A stretch of 64,000 nt of DNA from positions 274,102,001 through 274,166,000 of the forward strand of contig OZ024740.1 in assembly GCA_964016885.1 (NCBI GenBank). The letters run 5' to 3'. Source of the stretch: Eledone cirrhosa (lineage: Eukaryota). Below are positions 35,483-51,281 of this stretch, in pieces (position 1 is the first letter of the stretch; every line of letters begins with the position of its first letter). A program made the translations under genes and the position numbers. The notes under the pieces were generated by a model that did not search any database, had not been told where the DNA came from, and saw only the letters and a program-made list of their open reading frames with translations.

Positions 35483-38144
35483 CAATGCATGTAGTATTTC
35501 ACAGCTCTATGAACTCCTCGTATAAAGTGAAATAAACATTTCACAATTGTATATAATCACTTATACACTGACACTCCTCGAAGAATGTATTGTAGCTGTG
35601 GTGTTTTATATTAGATAAATATTTATACATCTGCTGGATTCCCAAGTTTAGCTATTTCAATTCGATTGATAGTTGCATAGAGATCACAAACCATTATGCG
35701 GTCATATCATTTAATGGGTTTTTGGTCATGGTCAACTGATTTCCCATTTTATTTCTGTTTTAACTCTAGTTGTCGACTATCTAATCGGTTAGAAATTCTC
35801 TTCATTGGCTTAAGGAAATAATTGTTGGCACTGGAGATCAATTGATGACTTCATATTGTTACTTGGTCGTGATAAAACCGATAATTATCTTTTAAGGATT
35901 AGCTACAGCGTAGAAATATCAAATTACCAAGTCAATGGCTTTTTAAAGAATACACTTTATATAAATATGGAGTCACCAATATCTGTGTAATTCATTTTAG
36001 TAATTCACTTCATTCTGAAAGTAGGCGTGGATATGACTTATAATCTGTTTCAGAATATAATCCACAACCTTTCCGCCGTCAAGTTACGAGGTGATGAATG
36101 GTAACCTCTGTGACAAACAAATGGGGGAAGAATACACAAGTGGTGTCTTTTCTTCGAGAGTGATTGTTGGTATATACAAAACAACATTTTGTTCGTTTAG
36201 TCAATTCCGAGATATTGAGAAATAGGTGAAAGGAAGAAATAAGAATTTACCTAGTATTGACTCCGATAAGTTATTGACCCCGAGAGAATAAAAGATTAAG
36301 TTGACCATAGACGGATTTGAACTCTGGAGATAAGGAGCAGAAGCAAATAGGGAAAAGCATTCTTTCAAATCACTATATTTAACAACTACTTTACTAATCA
36401 CATAAATAGCTAAAGCAGTTAAGAAAATGTTACTTCAATTACTTAAGTTTTTTCATCGGACATCTTGTCTTTGTGGGTGCTAATGTTTATGCATTGGTAA
36501 GATATCGGCGCGGAACCCATTAAATGATATATTTTGCATCTGACCAATCCTGGTTGAGCAGATCTATTTTCACAGACATTCCAGCCGTGTTCTTCGCATA
36601 TTTTCACTAGATACTGTTCTGTTGTGATTTGAGTGGTATTTAGCTGTTATTTATAGCAGGGAGAGTAATCTAATTTAGAGGCACACTACTTACATTTAAT
36701 GAAAAATCTATTGTAAGACACCACCTAACGACAAAACTATTTCTATTTTGTTTGTGTGGACTAGAATGCTTGTTAAACGAAATTAGATTCAATACATTAT
36801 TGCTCGTTATCTTTAGTAGTAGTAAATCAAACAAACGGTATATGATTTTAATTAATTTTAAGAATGCAAAATATCATTAAAAAATATATATATTTGCACT
36901 GCCTCCTTGACAATTTCTTTTCAGATAAAATCCAACAAAATTTATTAAATGTGTCATCCAACAGTTAATGATAATCTGTTGTCTGTTAATATTATTGGTC
37001 ACATTGTACATATTATTTTGGCTTATATTCAGTTTAAAGCCTAACAAGAAATAAAATCATGATATTTCCGATCTAGTCTGCATATTAAGCTGAGTGACGG
37101 TCACAAAAAAGCGTTCTCGTCGTGTGTCTTGTCATAAATATGCTGGCTATTATGCAAACGCTATTGTTGTTCTAATCTCACAAACAACAAACTAAAATTT
37201 CCTAAATTCTTGTTATTTGGGAGACGAAGACGGCTTTATGTTAATAAACTCGAGCTTTAACTCAAACAACATTACAAAGATGACTAAGTATATTTAAATA
37301 CATGTAGCATAAATTCAATGATCCTATAAAAATTAAGATTTACATACATTCTTGGTATACGATTTTTATAGTACGATATCTTTCTACCTGTTAACCACAC
37401 ATCAGCAAACAGATTTCATTCTATCTTAAACCTAGGTAAAGATAGTAAAATCTGACGAAACTTGAGCTGTCAGGATGCTAGATGCTGAAATACTTATTAT
37501 ATGGTCTTGAGTCTAAATCATACTACTACATCCATTTCAATTTACATTAATACTGTAAAGAAACACTGCTTTCTTAAGTTGACCTAATTAAAAACTGGAA
37601 ACTTATCATTGATTAGCTAACCGTAGTAAGTAAACTTATGATAAATATTGGGTTTACGTTTCAAATTTAGATCTAATTTCAACGCAGTGTAATTGAAATC
37701 TATATAAAACAGGCTTTCCTTGCAATATTGTGCATATATTCTGCATGCTGGTTCTATAACCAACACACATATTATATAGCCTGCATTAAATAAACAATTA
37801 AAGGGTTTTTCATCTTGTCGTTAAATTCCTACTAACCAGTACCTTTTAAACAATGTTGCCACTGCCACGTGACTTCTATTATAATTCTGGAATCACTTAC
37901 TGGAATATTAAGTAGATACCAGGCCCTTTATGTTATCCATGTCAGAACAACGAAAAGTAAAGTTGTCTTTCACAGAAATCAAAAATTACTTAATGAACTA
38001 TAACTATATGCCGCAGGCAATTTGTCTGTCATTCTTGCTAGTTTACCCAACTAGCTGTCTGTTCACTATTCCTTTTACAGCTTGTAAACAGGCCCCTTTA
38101 GGTTTGCCGATAATGTACCATTTCCACACACAACCTAAATGCAT

Positions 38145-38333
38145 TGGATTGGTAGTATCGGTAGAGGGTCGAGCGCCATGCTTTGCAGCAAAGAGTTACA
38201 GTCCTTTATGGTCTGAGTTCAAATCCCGCTGAGGTAAACTTTGCCTTTCATCCTTACGGGGGTCGATAAAATAAAGTACCAGTAATACACTGGGATAATT
38301 GCTGGTCTTGTGCAAAAAGTAGAAACAATTATT
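38145..38333 (+). mobile_element. Nin-type tRNA SINE (partial copy also at 38645-38772)
   Basis: Consensus match. Confidence 0.88.
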
Positions 38334-39094
38334 TAGGCCACGGAGAAGGCCGTATGCGGATGGTAGAACTGATAGATTTTGTAACTGAATCTACCATTAA
38401 TATCACACCTTAATATATTTAAAGGTGAAGAACACATAGGACAATATTATTCCAGATAAGCAAAAAGATGAGGTGTTTAGGAGTGGAATGTAAAAATAAT
38501 GTTATCCATTCATCCAGGTACGAATGCAAATAATTAGAATATATCGGTGTGGTCAAATATATCCACCAGAAAGTGTCCAAAACTATTGATATTTTTGATG
38601 GATGGAACAGGCAATTATAACAGTAATTCACTGGTAATAATATTTTTGTTAACTTTGCCTTTCATTCTTACGGGATCGATAAAATAAAGTACCAGTCACG
38701 CACTGGGTCAATTTAATCGACTTTCCTCTCTCCCAAAACTGCTGGCCTTGTGCCTATATAAGAAACCAATAATATTTCTGTCAATCTTTATGAGATTTCA
38801 ATTATGAAGGTACAGATTGAGCTGTAACGAAATAAGGTAATGTATATTTGATCAACTTTCTAAAGATTCTATTATTTCCTTATATTAGTGAGGAAAAGAG
38901 ACTTATATAAATGTTATAAAACCTTTTAATTTAAACATTTATATTTTGCACATTATAAGAATCCAACAATATATTGATGAAATGAGTAAATTTCTGTTTG
39001 AAGTACAATTTATTATAATTTTAATAACATTTACTTCAACCACGCGAGAAATACAACTAACACAACAAAATGTTATTTCAAATTTTTGTTTCAA

Positions 39095-41770
<2,676 letters not shown>

Positions 41771-41819
41771 ATATATATCTATCTATCTATCTATATATAT
41801 ATATATATAGATAGATATA

Positions 41820-41935
41820 TATTTATTGAAATAACAGATTAAAGTTTAAGCAAAAATCGCTGCTTTCACCCTTAACGTGATCTTCTGAAACCACCGATTC
41901 TTTGCTTAAACTTTAATCTGTTATTTTAATAAGTA
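41820..41935. repeat. Short fold-back element (about 39-bp arms); family member at 60748-60812
   Basis: TTATTGAAATAACAGATTAAAGTTTAAGCAAAAATCG pairs with CGATTCTTTGCTTAAACTTTAATCTGTTATTTTAATAA. Confidence 0.75.
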
Positions 41936-42011
41936 TTTGCTCTACGGTTCTTATATATTTGATATATATTTATCCTTATCGAGCCCTCTTTGGATTTTAG
42001 TCTTCAAATTT

Positions 42012-42065
<54 letters not shown>

Positions 42066-42072
<7 letters not shown>

Positions 42073-42992
42073 AAGTTTCGCTCTACATGGCTGAATACAA
42101 TAAATGTAATCTGAGTTTTTCGAATATTAATAATAACATTCGATTCGTTTGCAATAATGCAAACAAGCCTCAATTTTATAGGCATGTCAGTAGAATGAAC
42201 ACTTCATTCTTGCTCTTGTTTTTGTATGCGAACAGAACTGCAGACTCTAATGTTTCTAGGTATCACCCTTCATCAGTACAGCTCACTGTTCATCTGCCAA
42301 ACTGTCAGATCTAGTGAAAATATATGCTATTTTCAAAAATACAGAGTGACTGATCGGCCTGATTTGCATGTTAGCAGACTGGCTGATTAGTCAGATCTGC
42401 ATATTAGCAGATCCACTGATCAGCCAGATTTGCATATCAGCAGACTGGCCAGTCAGTTTCCTGTATACGAGCGATAAATAGCCGGCTTTGCCAAATTCAA
42501 AATAAAAAAGAAAATTTCGCTCTACATGGCTGAATACAATAAATGTAATCTGAGTTTTTCGAATATTAATAATAACATTCGATTCGTTTGCAATTATGCA
42601 AACAAGCCTCAATTTTATAGCCATGTCAGTAGAATGAACACTTCATTCTTGCTCTTGTGTTGGCATGCGAACAGAACTTCAGATATATCGCTCGTATACA
42701 GGAAACTGACTGGCCAGTCTGCTGATATGCAAATCTGGCTGATCAGTGGATCTGCTAATATGCAGATCTTACTGATCAGCCAGTCTGCTAACATGCAAAT
42801 CAAGCCCATCAGTCACTCTGTATTTTTGAAAATAACATATATTTTCACTAGCTCTTACAGTTTGGCAGGTGAACAGTGAGCTGTACTGATGAAGGGTGGT
42901 ACCCAGAAACATTAGTGTCTGCAGTTCTGTTCACATGCCAACACAAGAGCAAGAATGAAGTGTTCATTCTACTGACATGGTTATAAAATTGA
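42066..42992. mobile_element. Non-coding hammerhead element: 439-nt tandem monomer plus inverted copy
   Basis: 42066-42244 is repeated at 42506-42683 (period 439). 42684-42992 is an inverted copy of about 42170-42477. One HHR per monomer. TA-rich flanks. Confidence 0.85.
42871..42932 (+). ncRNA. Type I hammerhead ribozyme
   Basis: Stem I GAGCTGTA/TGCAGTTC (extends with AACA/TGTT); CTGATGA 42886-42892; stem II GGGT-GGT-ACCC; GAAA 42906-42909; stem III CA-TTAG-TG; GTC cleavage after 42919. Mirror copy at 42230-42291 (-). Confidence 0.8.
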
Positions 42993-44342
42993 TCATATAT
43001 ATAAATCATACATTTTTGTTTCTAAGTTGCAGTTTTTTCTCATATGTGTATTTACACACACACCTATCTATGTAAATAAAACACATATGTCTATATGCTT
43101 TTATAGAAATACAAAAACATATACTCACGCGTATACGTACATAACACACTAAAAATCACATACACAAACTCACGCACACTCACACAATATATATATATAT
43201 ATATATATGTGTGTGTATAGATGTGTTTAAATATATTTACACGTGTATATATTTAACTATATGTATATATAAGTGTGTGTGTGTGCGTGCGAGTCTCTGT
43301 GTGTGTGTGTATGTGGGTGGGTGTAAAATAAGATCCCTATGTATTGGCATGTAGCTAACTACAGTTCCCAACCAGATCTTCAATCCTAATATTTATATTG
43401 GCTTAAACAAAAGAAAACTCTTGGCGAGATGCCGTAGCAAGTCTTTTTGATGTGCAGGAAACAAAATCCTGCAAGTATTGGCAATGTGTTGTAAGACGTA
43501 GGAGACAGTCTTTTGGTTGTCAGAAACCCCTTGTTTAAGGTCGATGGTTCCCGCCAATGATGGCTTTAGAAGTGTATTTAAAAGTTGACTGGAACAGGGA
43601 CTATAAAATAGCCGACACACTGGCAGAGAAAACAGAAGGATTAATTCTTCAAATAAACATTGTCCCCTTGTATATTCAATGTCAGCAGATTTTGCCTTTA
43701 TTACTATCACTCTTTTTCGATGTTTCGTTTCATCTATCTATGTATTTATTTATCTATCTATCCATCTATCTATCCATCTATCTATCCATCTATCTATCTA
43801 TCTATATATATATCTGTCTATATATCTATCTACCTATTTATCATGGCAACATGCCCATGAAAAAAGACAGCATTTTGTTTATTTTTCGTAATATTTTATA
43901 TTCTTGCTTGTTTTTGCTATTTTATTTTTGTGTTCCATTATGAAAACCCATTTATTCAAGAAACCTGTCTCTCTGCCTCAATAGTAAATAGTAAATCATA
44001 CACAATTGTGTATGATTTAGCTGTTTGTTTAACATTGAAATACATTTTTATGATTTGTGGATTTTTGTTGATAGAGAAATCATATACACATCTTATTATT
44101 TTGTGTCATTGAATACAAAATGTGAATCCTCTTAACAAATGTTTTATAATTAAGAATTAAATAATGTGGAAAACACATGATCAAAGAGCTTCACGGTGGG
44201 ATTGATTTGTGGACAACATGGTTGAAAAACGAACTTCTTAACTCTTCAATTATGTATGATAGTTTGTAAGAATATATATACGTGTGTGTAGGGAAAACGG
44301 AGCTAATATGTATTATCATAATTCATACATAGGATATTTCAT

Positions 44343-44418
44343 ATGCAACCAATGGTTTCATAAACTAACAAAGCCTGCATAACTACAGGTTTTAGCTGTT
44401 AGTCATATCTTCATGTAA
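44343..44418 (-). ncRNA. Degenerate hammerhead motif with long stem II
   Basis: ATGAAGA core; stem II ACTAACA/TGTTAGT and CCTGTA/TGCAGG; GAAA-CC-ATT-GG-TT; stem I poor. Confidence 0.45.
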
Positions 44419-44919
44419 AAGTTTATACAAATGACTGAGCAAAATTTTACAAAGCGTCGCCTGCTGGGAAAGGATGAGAAAAATTGATATAAGAAAAGAC
44501 ATAGAGCGGAGGTAACCCTGGTATGAAAACAATTTACCCTGGAATATAGCAGGGAAAAGCTAATGACGTTTACTCTTTCTGCTGCCTACACATATTATCA
44601 ATATATTGGCAATATATATATATCTATATATATATGAGAGACGTAAAATAAGAAAATTATAAAATTAACTTACTTACTAGCTAGCATTGATATGCATCTG
44701 TATGTATATATATGTTACTAGATATTAATTCTTTATATATATATATATATATATATATGGGAGGAGGTTATAGTTCACTTGAAGCATTGTGTAATGAGGT
44801 ATAAACGTTTGAATATGTGTAATAAAGCCAAAACAATGCAGGTATGGACATAGAAAAAAGAATGCAATTGTAAAAGATATTGTTGACAATTCGTCCTTTA
44901 CCTTAAATTTATTTAACTG

Positions 44920-44958
44920 TCCTTGATTTTCGAGATAATATCTCTTCTTCAGAGGGAA
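44920..44958 (-). ncRNA. Hammerhead remnant
   Basis: CTGAAGA-A-GAGAT-ATT-ATCTC-GAAA. Stem III is missing. Confidence 0.35.
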
Positions 44959-45325
44959 ATAAAGGTCTCAAACCAGCATTCTAAATATCTAGCCAAGCCA
45001 TGCTGACAGGAAATAGTATACAGTATCTGTTCTATCTCTAATATCAAAGAGTTAAAATTAGGTGGATAAAGTGTAGTCTCCCTTTAAAAGGGGGTTTGTT
45101 TAGGTTTTTTTTAAATTTTTGTTTTGTATACATGCCTGTATAAGTGTGTGGGAGAATGCATGAAGGTGTAAGTATGTGAGTGTGTGTGTGTGAGTGTGAG
45201 AAGATAAGTCTATTCGTAAATGTGGGGGGTAGGTGTTATCTGGTGTTAGAACTGGTTTTGTGTGTGTATGTGTATATATTTGTGTGTGTATGTAGTAAAT
45301 ATACATTCATATATATATATATATA

Positions 45326-45402
<77 letters not shown>

Positions 45403-45514
45403 ATGTAGTAAATATACATTCATATATATATATATATGTGTGTGTGTATATATATACATATTTATATATATATATACATATATATATTTATATATATATA
45501 TACATATATATATT

Positions 45515-45600
<86 letters not shown>

Positions 45601-46138
45601 CATTTAGATGGATAGATATAAATGTGGGTGGGGTGTCAGTGTGTATCTCTGTGAGTGTGTTAGCTATAATTAAATCAACATCCCTGGGTTAATGTTGTAG
45701 TGCATTAATAATTGTTTTATCTGTCTAGTGTTTCCCTTTATTCCAATCATAGCTTCATAAATCATTTTCTTGCTCGATTAATATAATCAGTTGTAACAGT
45801 GTTTTGAAAACAGGCAGTGGGTCAGTTGAGCTGTTGAATGCAAACTAAATGTTATCTTGTTTATATTCCCTTGAAATTATTAATAATTATTCGTGATATT
45901 GACACAAAGGATCTCATTTTGAGGAAGAACGTGGACAGTTATTTCAATTGCAAGGTTTATCGACTCCAGAATATGGAACGGCAACTATTATCTCCACGAA
46001 ATTTGAACAAAGTGTGTAAGTGAGCATTGAGGCTTAACCTTAAATAGTGCCTCGTGGTCAACATAATAAAATGTCTCCTTTTAAAAGGTGGTACAAGGAG
46101 ATTTGAAAAACACTTTGGTGCTAATTCATACACACACA

Positions 46139-46203
<65 letters not shown>

Positions 46204-46947
46204 TATAAGTATGTATACGTACATACATATATGTATACAGACGTACAGTAGTATGTATATATATATACATACATGCACACATATATATATGTACGTATGG
46301 ATTCACCGAACATTTATTATAATGCTCGGTGTGTTTGTAAACAAACATCCCGTATTAAGCCGTAGTGTCTAACAACCATCGTTGCTCGTTTGTTCAACAC
46401 TGACAAAGGAACGCTGTACTAGTTTCAAGCTTATTAGCTATCGTCAGCAACGTATACCTTCCTGCCAGATGATTGAACGTCTGAAAGTATATACTTTCCT
46501 TATGCATATTAACGGCTGAGCAGCCTAATTTGCATATCGAGTGGGTTAATCGGCTGGGTGCCCCGAAAACGATAAACGGAGAAAATGAAACGAAATTTCA
46601 TTTCCCACTCTCAGACGTTCAATTATCTGGCAGGAAGGTATACGTTGCTGACGATAGCTAATAAGCTTCAAACTAGTACAGCGTTCCTTTGTCAGTGTTG
46701 AACAAACGAGCAACGACAGTTGCTAGACACTACGGCTTAATACGGGATGTTTGTTTACAAACACACCGAGCATTATAATAAATGTTCGGAGAATCCATAC
46801 GTACATATATATATGTGTGCATGTATGTATATATATATATACATACTACTGTACCTCTGTATACATATATGTATGTACGTATACATACTTATATTTAAGT
46901 AACAGCCGTACTAAGAGTGGGAAATGAAATTTCGTTTCATTTTTTCC

Positions 46948-46949
<2 letters not shown>
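46204..46949. mobile_element. Fold-back non-coding hammerhead element between (TA)n tracts
   Basis: Arms 46204-46484 and 46611-46893 are inverted. A second IR pairs 46576-46611 with 46914-46949. One HHR in each arm. Confidence 0.88.
46411..46453 (-). ncRNA. Minimal type I hammerhead with palindromic stem III
   Basis: ACGTTG-CTGACGA-T-AGCT-AATA-AGCT-T-GAAA-CTAG-TA-CAGCGT. The plus-strand copy at 46642-46684 has GAAA changed to CAAA. Confidence 0.75.
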
Positions 46950-46985
<36 letters not shown>

Positions 46986-47066
46986 AGATAAGCAGAACAA
47001 GCAAAAATCAAACAATTTTTTAAAATAAATTAAAAAATATAATTTAAATATTTACTTACTCCAGTC

Positions 47067-47148
47067 GCTCTTACCGATCGGTTTCCCTTTACAAAACATT
47101 GGAAATCCATGGGATTTCCAATGGAAAAGTAAAGTTCATTAGAGAAGC
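47067..47148 (-). ncRNA. Hammerhead, long-stem-II family, copy 1 (element about 46985-47320)
   Basis: GCTTCT-CTAATGA-[CTTTAC/GTAAAG; CATTGGAAATCC/GGATTTCCAATG]-GAAA-CCG-AT-CGG-TA-AGAGC. The core carries a G5A change. Confidence 0.7.
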
Positions 47149-47401
47149 ATTTTCCTTTCCTAGGGCTAAAGTCTCAGGAACGGCAAAATATATTGCCATC
47201 TGCTAGCTAGCACAAGATCGAGTGAGGCCGAAATTTGACCTGTGCATGAACCAGTCCGTAGCAAAAGCGGAAGTAAACATAGACGTGTTGTCTACTACAC
47301 TACGAAAAATAGCAGCTAAATGTATATATGTATATATGTATATATGCAGACGAGTAAACGATATATTCCCGACTGATTTCAAGTCCACCGGTCGCAAGCG
47401 T

Positions 47402-47459
47402 GGGAGGGATCGTCCTGATGAGTACGAGTTAAGTTCGAAATGCATCGACGATTGTCCCC
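47402..47459 (+). ncRNA. Canonical-core minimal type I hammerhead
   Basis: GATCGTC-CTGATGA-GTAC-GAGTTAA-GTTC-GAAA-TGCA-TC-GACGATT. Cleavage predicted after 47446. Confidence 0.8.
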
Positions 47460-48269
47460 CTTGCTCCTTCTGGACACTACCAGAAGGCGTTAGCCTTGGT
47501 GTTTTGCATAACTACGGCTTACTAAATGTTTATCTATAAACATACCATACATCTTTAGAGATACGTGTGTGCTTACGCTTTAATATTGACAAAACTTACA
47601 GGAGTGCTTAGAAGAGCCGAACCAGCTAATTTTTTTATACCTGAAAAGTGCATAGACCACTCCACTTTCACAATTTGAGAGCCTTTCTGTGTTACGCTTG
47701 TCGTATCTCAATGTCTAACTGGATAAACTGTAGTTCTGTTCCGTCAGTCATAGCATATGTCTTTTATTGGTGCAGGAACAGGCACCCAAAAAGCATGATG
47801 ACCAAAATAATGTTTCGATTGTTTGCCTTGGTCAGTTTAACACTCTCCTTTTGAAACCCAGAGTAGACCTCAACATAACGTCTCATTACATGCTTCAGAA
47901 GTGAGAAAACCGTTATGGTAGGGAGACCTGATTCAGATTCAGTTCCCGTACTGACAAACAACTGCTCAAAATGCCTTGGTTACAAAAGCCAATCCCACGT
48001 GATATAGGTTAAACACACACGGTCAGATGTCTTACTAGAATATACCATATACCGCAACAGCGGGCACTGAATACACACATACATAATTATATACATGTAA
48101 TTCGTTTAACGTTATCGTTGTGAAAAATATGATTATTGAAATTGCATATCTACAAAGATACAAACTTACAAATGCACATTCTTCATGTTTTTTTTCCACA
48201 TACACCTCACACAGATAGACACGCACGCAAACAGAAACACACACACATACATACAAACATGTGTATGCG

Positions 48270-48302
<33 letters not shown>

Positions 48303-48311
48303 CAAACACAC

Positions 48312-48345
<34 letters not shown>

Positions 48346-49137
48346 ATTCGCAAACATATTTATATAAGCAGACGAACCACCACAGACGAACAAGTCTGTT
48401 TGTTCGTGTGTGTATGTATGTGTACGTGTAAACTATCCTTGTGTATATAAAATCAATTGCAAAACAAATCAAACTGTATGATTAGACGAACTGACAGAAG
48501 TCATAAAACAGAATCACCAACAAGGCACACTAAGCATATATACTTTTACAGAAGCAGTCTCCTTTCTAAAGAATGTTCGGTCGACAGGCCTAAGTGGTCT
48601 TGACCATAACCAATTATATTAGTAGTAAGAGGTACTCGTATCACATGTCATTTGGTCAATCTATGCTAGTCTATGTAGCACACGAGTTAAAGTAGTTTAA
48701 AATCTTAAGGATATGTATATGGTTAGAGATAGCTGAAGTACATTGTAAAGAGTTCAGAGTTTAATGTTTACTCTTACTAAGATTAAAATTGAGAAGTATT
48801 AGTAGGAGCTAGACTCAGAGCCATGTTTTAATGAGACGGAAAAAAGGAAGAGGAAAGAGATGGAGAGAAAGAGAGAGATAGAGTTTGGTATTTGTCAAAT
48901 TTGTTTTAGTTTTTGTTGAGATCTTCCTTTTCTTTTGTATGATTAATTTTGTTGTTAGAACATTTGTGAGGTAGAGAAATGAGATGGTCAAACAAGATTG
49001 CACGAAATAGAAGCATAAAATAGAAACTTCGTACATACAGATACATACATAAACTCAGATAAACTCTCTATTACATCAAACACAGACACACACATCCATG
49101 TATGTATGTATATATCTATATATCTATATATATATCC

Positions 49138-49184
<47 letters not shown>

Positions 49185-49488
49185 TGTGTCGGGTTGTGTG
49201 TGTGTGTTTGTGTAGACATTGAAGGTACCGTGTACTACTAAACAATTTCGACCAATGTTTACATGGTAATGCAAATTCAAACAAGTATTTGGTGATTATG
49301 ATGGGTACGCTTATCTGTCCGCCGCACGTGTACACGCACGTTCCTATCAACTCCTCTCCCGGCCTACGAACTTCAGCAACTATAAACTTTATATATGTAC
49401 GTCTGTTCTGAGCATGTTATCCCCCACCCATCCACACATGTGTATATATATATATATATATATATATTTATTTATTTATTTTTTTTTT

Positions 49489-50081
49489 GTCGTTTTGGAA
49501 GCCTCAACAATGCAGATGGGTAATTCTTCGGGTAACAAGATCCGGTGGTGAAGAGAGAGATGTAAGTGAATGACCAATGAGATGTATAGTGTGTAAAAGA
49601 ATGTAGGAAAGGGCGTAAAAAGTAAAAATAATAACACGAGATAGAGTTACCTTGGGAGGGATTTAATCGTCCCTATATTTTGGATTCACATCCATCAACT
49701 GGGGGGATTTCCGGGGATGGGTTAACTGTCGGAGAGGAGCGATACGTGTCCTCTGCTGTTCGTTGTTTTGAATATCTTAGGTATTCAGCTGAATAACTAA
49801 GATATTGAAAACAACCAACAGCAGAGGACACGTATCGCTCCTCTCCGACAGATGACCTCCTCCCACCCCCGGGACCCCACCCACCCCAGTTGATGGATGT
49901 GAATCCGAAATATAGGAACAATTAAATCTCTCCCAAACTAACTCTATCTCGTGTTATTTTTATTTTTTACGCTCTTTCCTACCTTATTTTACACACTATA
50001 CATCTCATTCTACATTCACTTACATCTCTCTCTTCACCAACGGATCTTGTTACCCGGCATTGTTGAGGCTTCCAAAATGAC
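49489..50081. repeat. About 590-bp imperfect palindrome with no central loop
   Basis: Centred on TATTCAGCTGAATA (49782-49795). The arms are reverse complements with scattered substitutions and indels. TA-rich flanks. Confidence 0.9.
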
Positions 50082-50158
50082 CAAACGAAAATATATCTTA
50101 TTATTCCACAATGCTTCAAGCAAACTTCAATACTCTCTTATACATATATGACAATGTT

Positions 50159-50208
<50 letters not shown>

Positions 50209-50214
50209 AAAATT

Positions 50215-50309
50215 GTCAGGACCCCGACGGCTGAGCTCCGGCCGTTTCGACAGCTAGTTCTGAATAGCTGCTATCGAAACGGCCGCAGCTCAGCCGTTGG
50301 GGTCCTGAC
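50215..50309. repeat. GC-rich hairpin (36-bp arms) with an HHR-like GAAACGGCCG end
   Basis: 50215-50250 pairs with 50274-50309. Starts just after (TA)n. Confidence 0.75.
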
Positions 50310-50510
50310 TCTTTCCTATTACCCACTCTACTACCCAGTATCGCGTACTTTGGTGCGTTATGGTCCAGCTGGTTAATTACCACACTTCCTTCGTTATAAA
50401 TAAATAAATAAATATATATATAGTAGTTTACGGACTCATTCGATCCTGTGCTAGCAGGCAGGTGGCAATATATTTTGCTGTTCCTGGGACTTTTTCCTAG
50501 GTAAGGAAAA

Positions 50511-50585
50511 TGCTCTCTGATGATCTGAACATTTCCATTTGAGGTCCCTAGGATCTTTTGTAAGGTGAAACCGTCGGTAAAAGCA
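50511..50585 (+). ncRNA. Hammerhead, long-stem-II family, copy 2 (element about 50422-50778)
   Basis: TGCTCT-CTGATGA-[GAGGTCC/GGATCTT]-GAAA-CCG-T-CGG-TA-AAAGCA. Confidence 0.7.
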
Positions 50586-50916
50586 AATGGAATAGGTAAA
50601 TATTTAAATTAAATTTTTAAATTTATTTAAACATTTTTTTTTAATCTTACTTGTTCCGCTTATCTCAATTTTATAGTTCTGGTATGTCAAATTAATACCA
50701 TGGAACAACCACTGTATCATAGACACCCTATATATTTCCAGGGGTACTTAGTATCTGTGGAGATATTAATCTCCTTTTATATATATATATATATATTAAT
50801 AAAACTGAAGGCAGACGTATGTGCCAAGCTCGTCAGTCTCCGTGAAACCTTTGGTAAATGAAATAATTATCATATGTTGCTTATTACATAACTATATATA
50901 TATATATATATATATA

Positions 50917-51281
50917 ACGGCGATGAATTAGTTTTGCGAGGTTTTGATATGAAATCGTGTGTCGAAACAAATATTGTTATACTTGGGGAGGGTCATATTT
51001 GTGTAATATTGCTAGAATTAATAACAGAACACACTCACTGTTTGGTTTGTTTTCGCTTTTCGCTTCTGTGTCTTTTATATCGGTAATCTAATTTATTCGG
51101 TCCTCAATGTTACCATTGACTGACCAACGGTCAAAAATAATACAGATACAATACAGACACAAACACATATATATAGTTTATCAAAGTTCTTTCGTTGCAA
51201 ATCTGCAACATCGTCAGTGAGTGTGTTCTGTTATTAATTCTGGCAATATTACACAAATATGACCCTACCCCAAGTATAACA

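Noticed and set aside
42350-42810. About 33-nt repeats resembling a CRISPR array
   Set aside because: They are degenerate tandem repeats without unique spacers, there are no cas genes, and the context is eukaryotic.
43393-43710. 105-aa minus-strand ORF in unique sequence
   Set aside because: No recognisable domain or splice structure. The length is compatible with chance.
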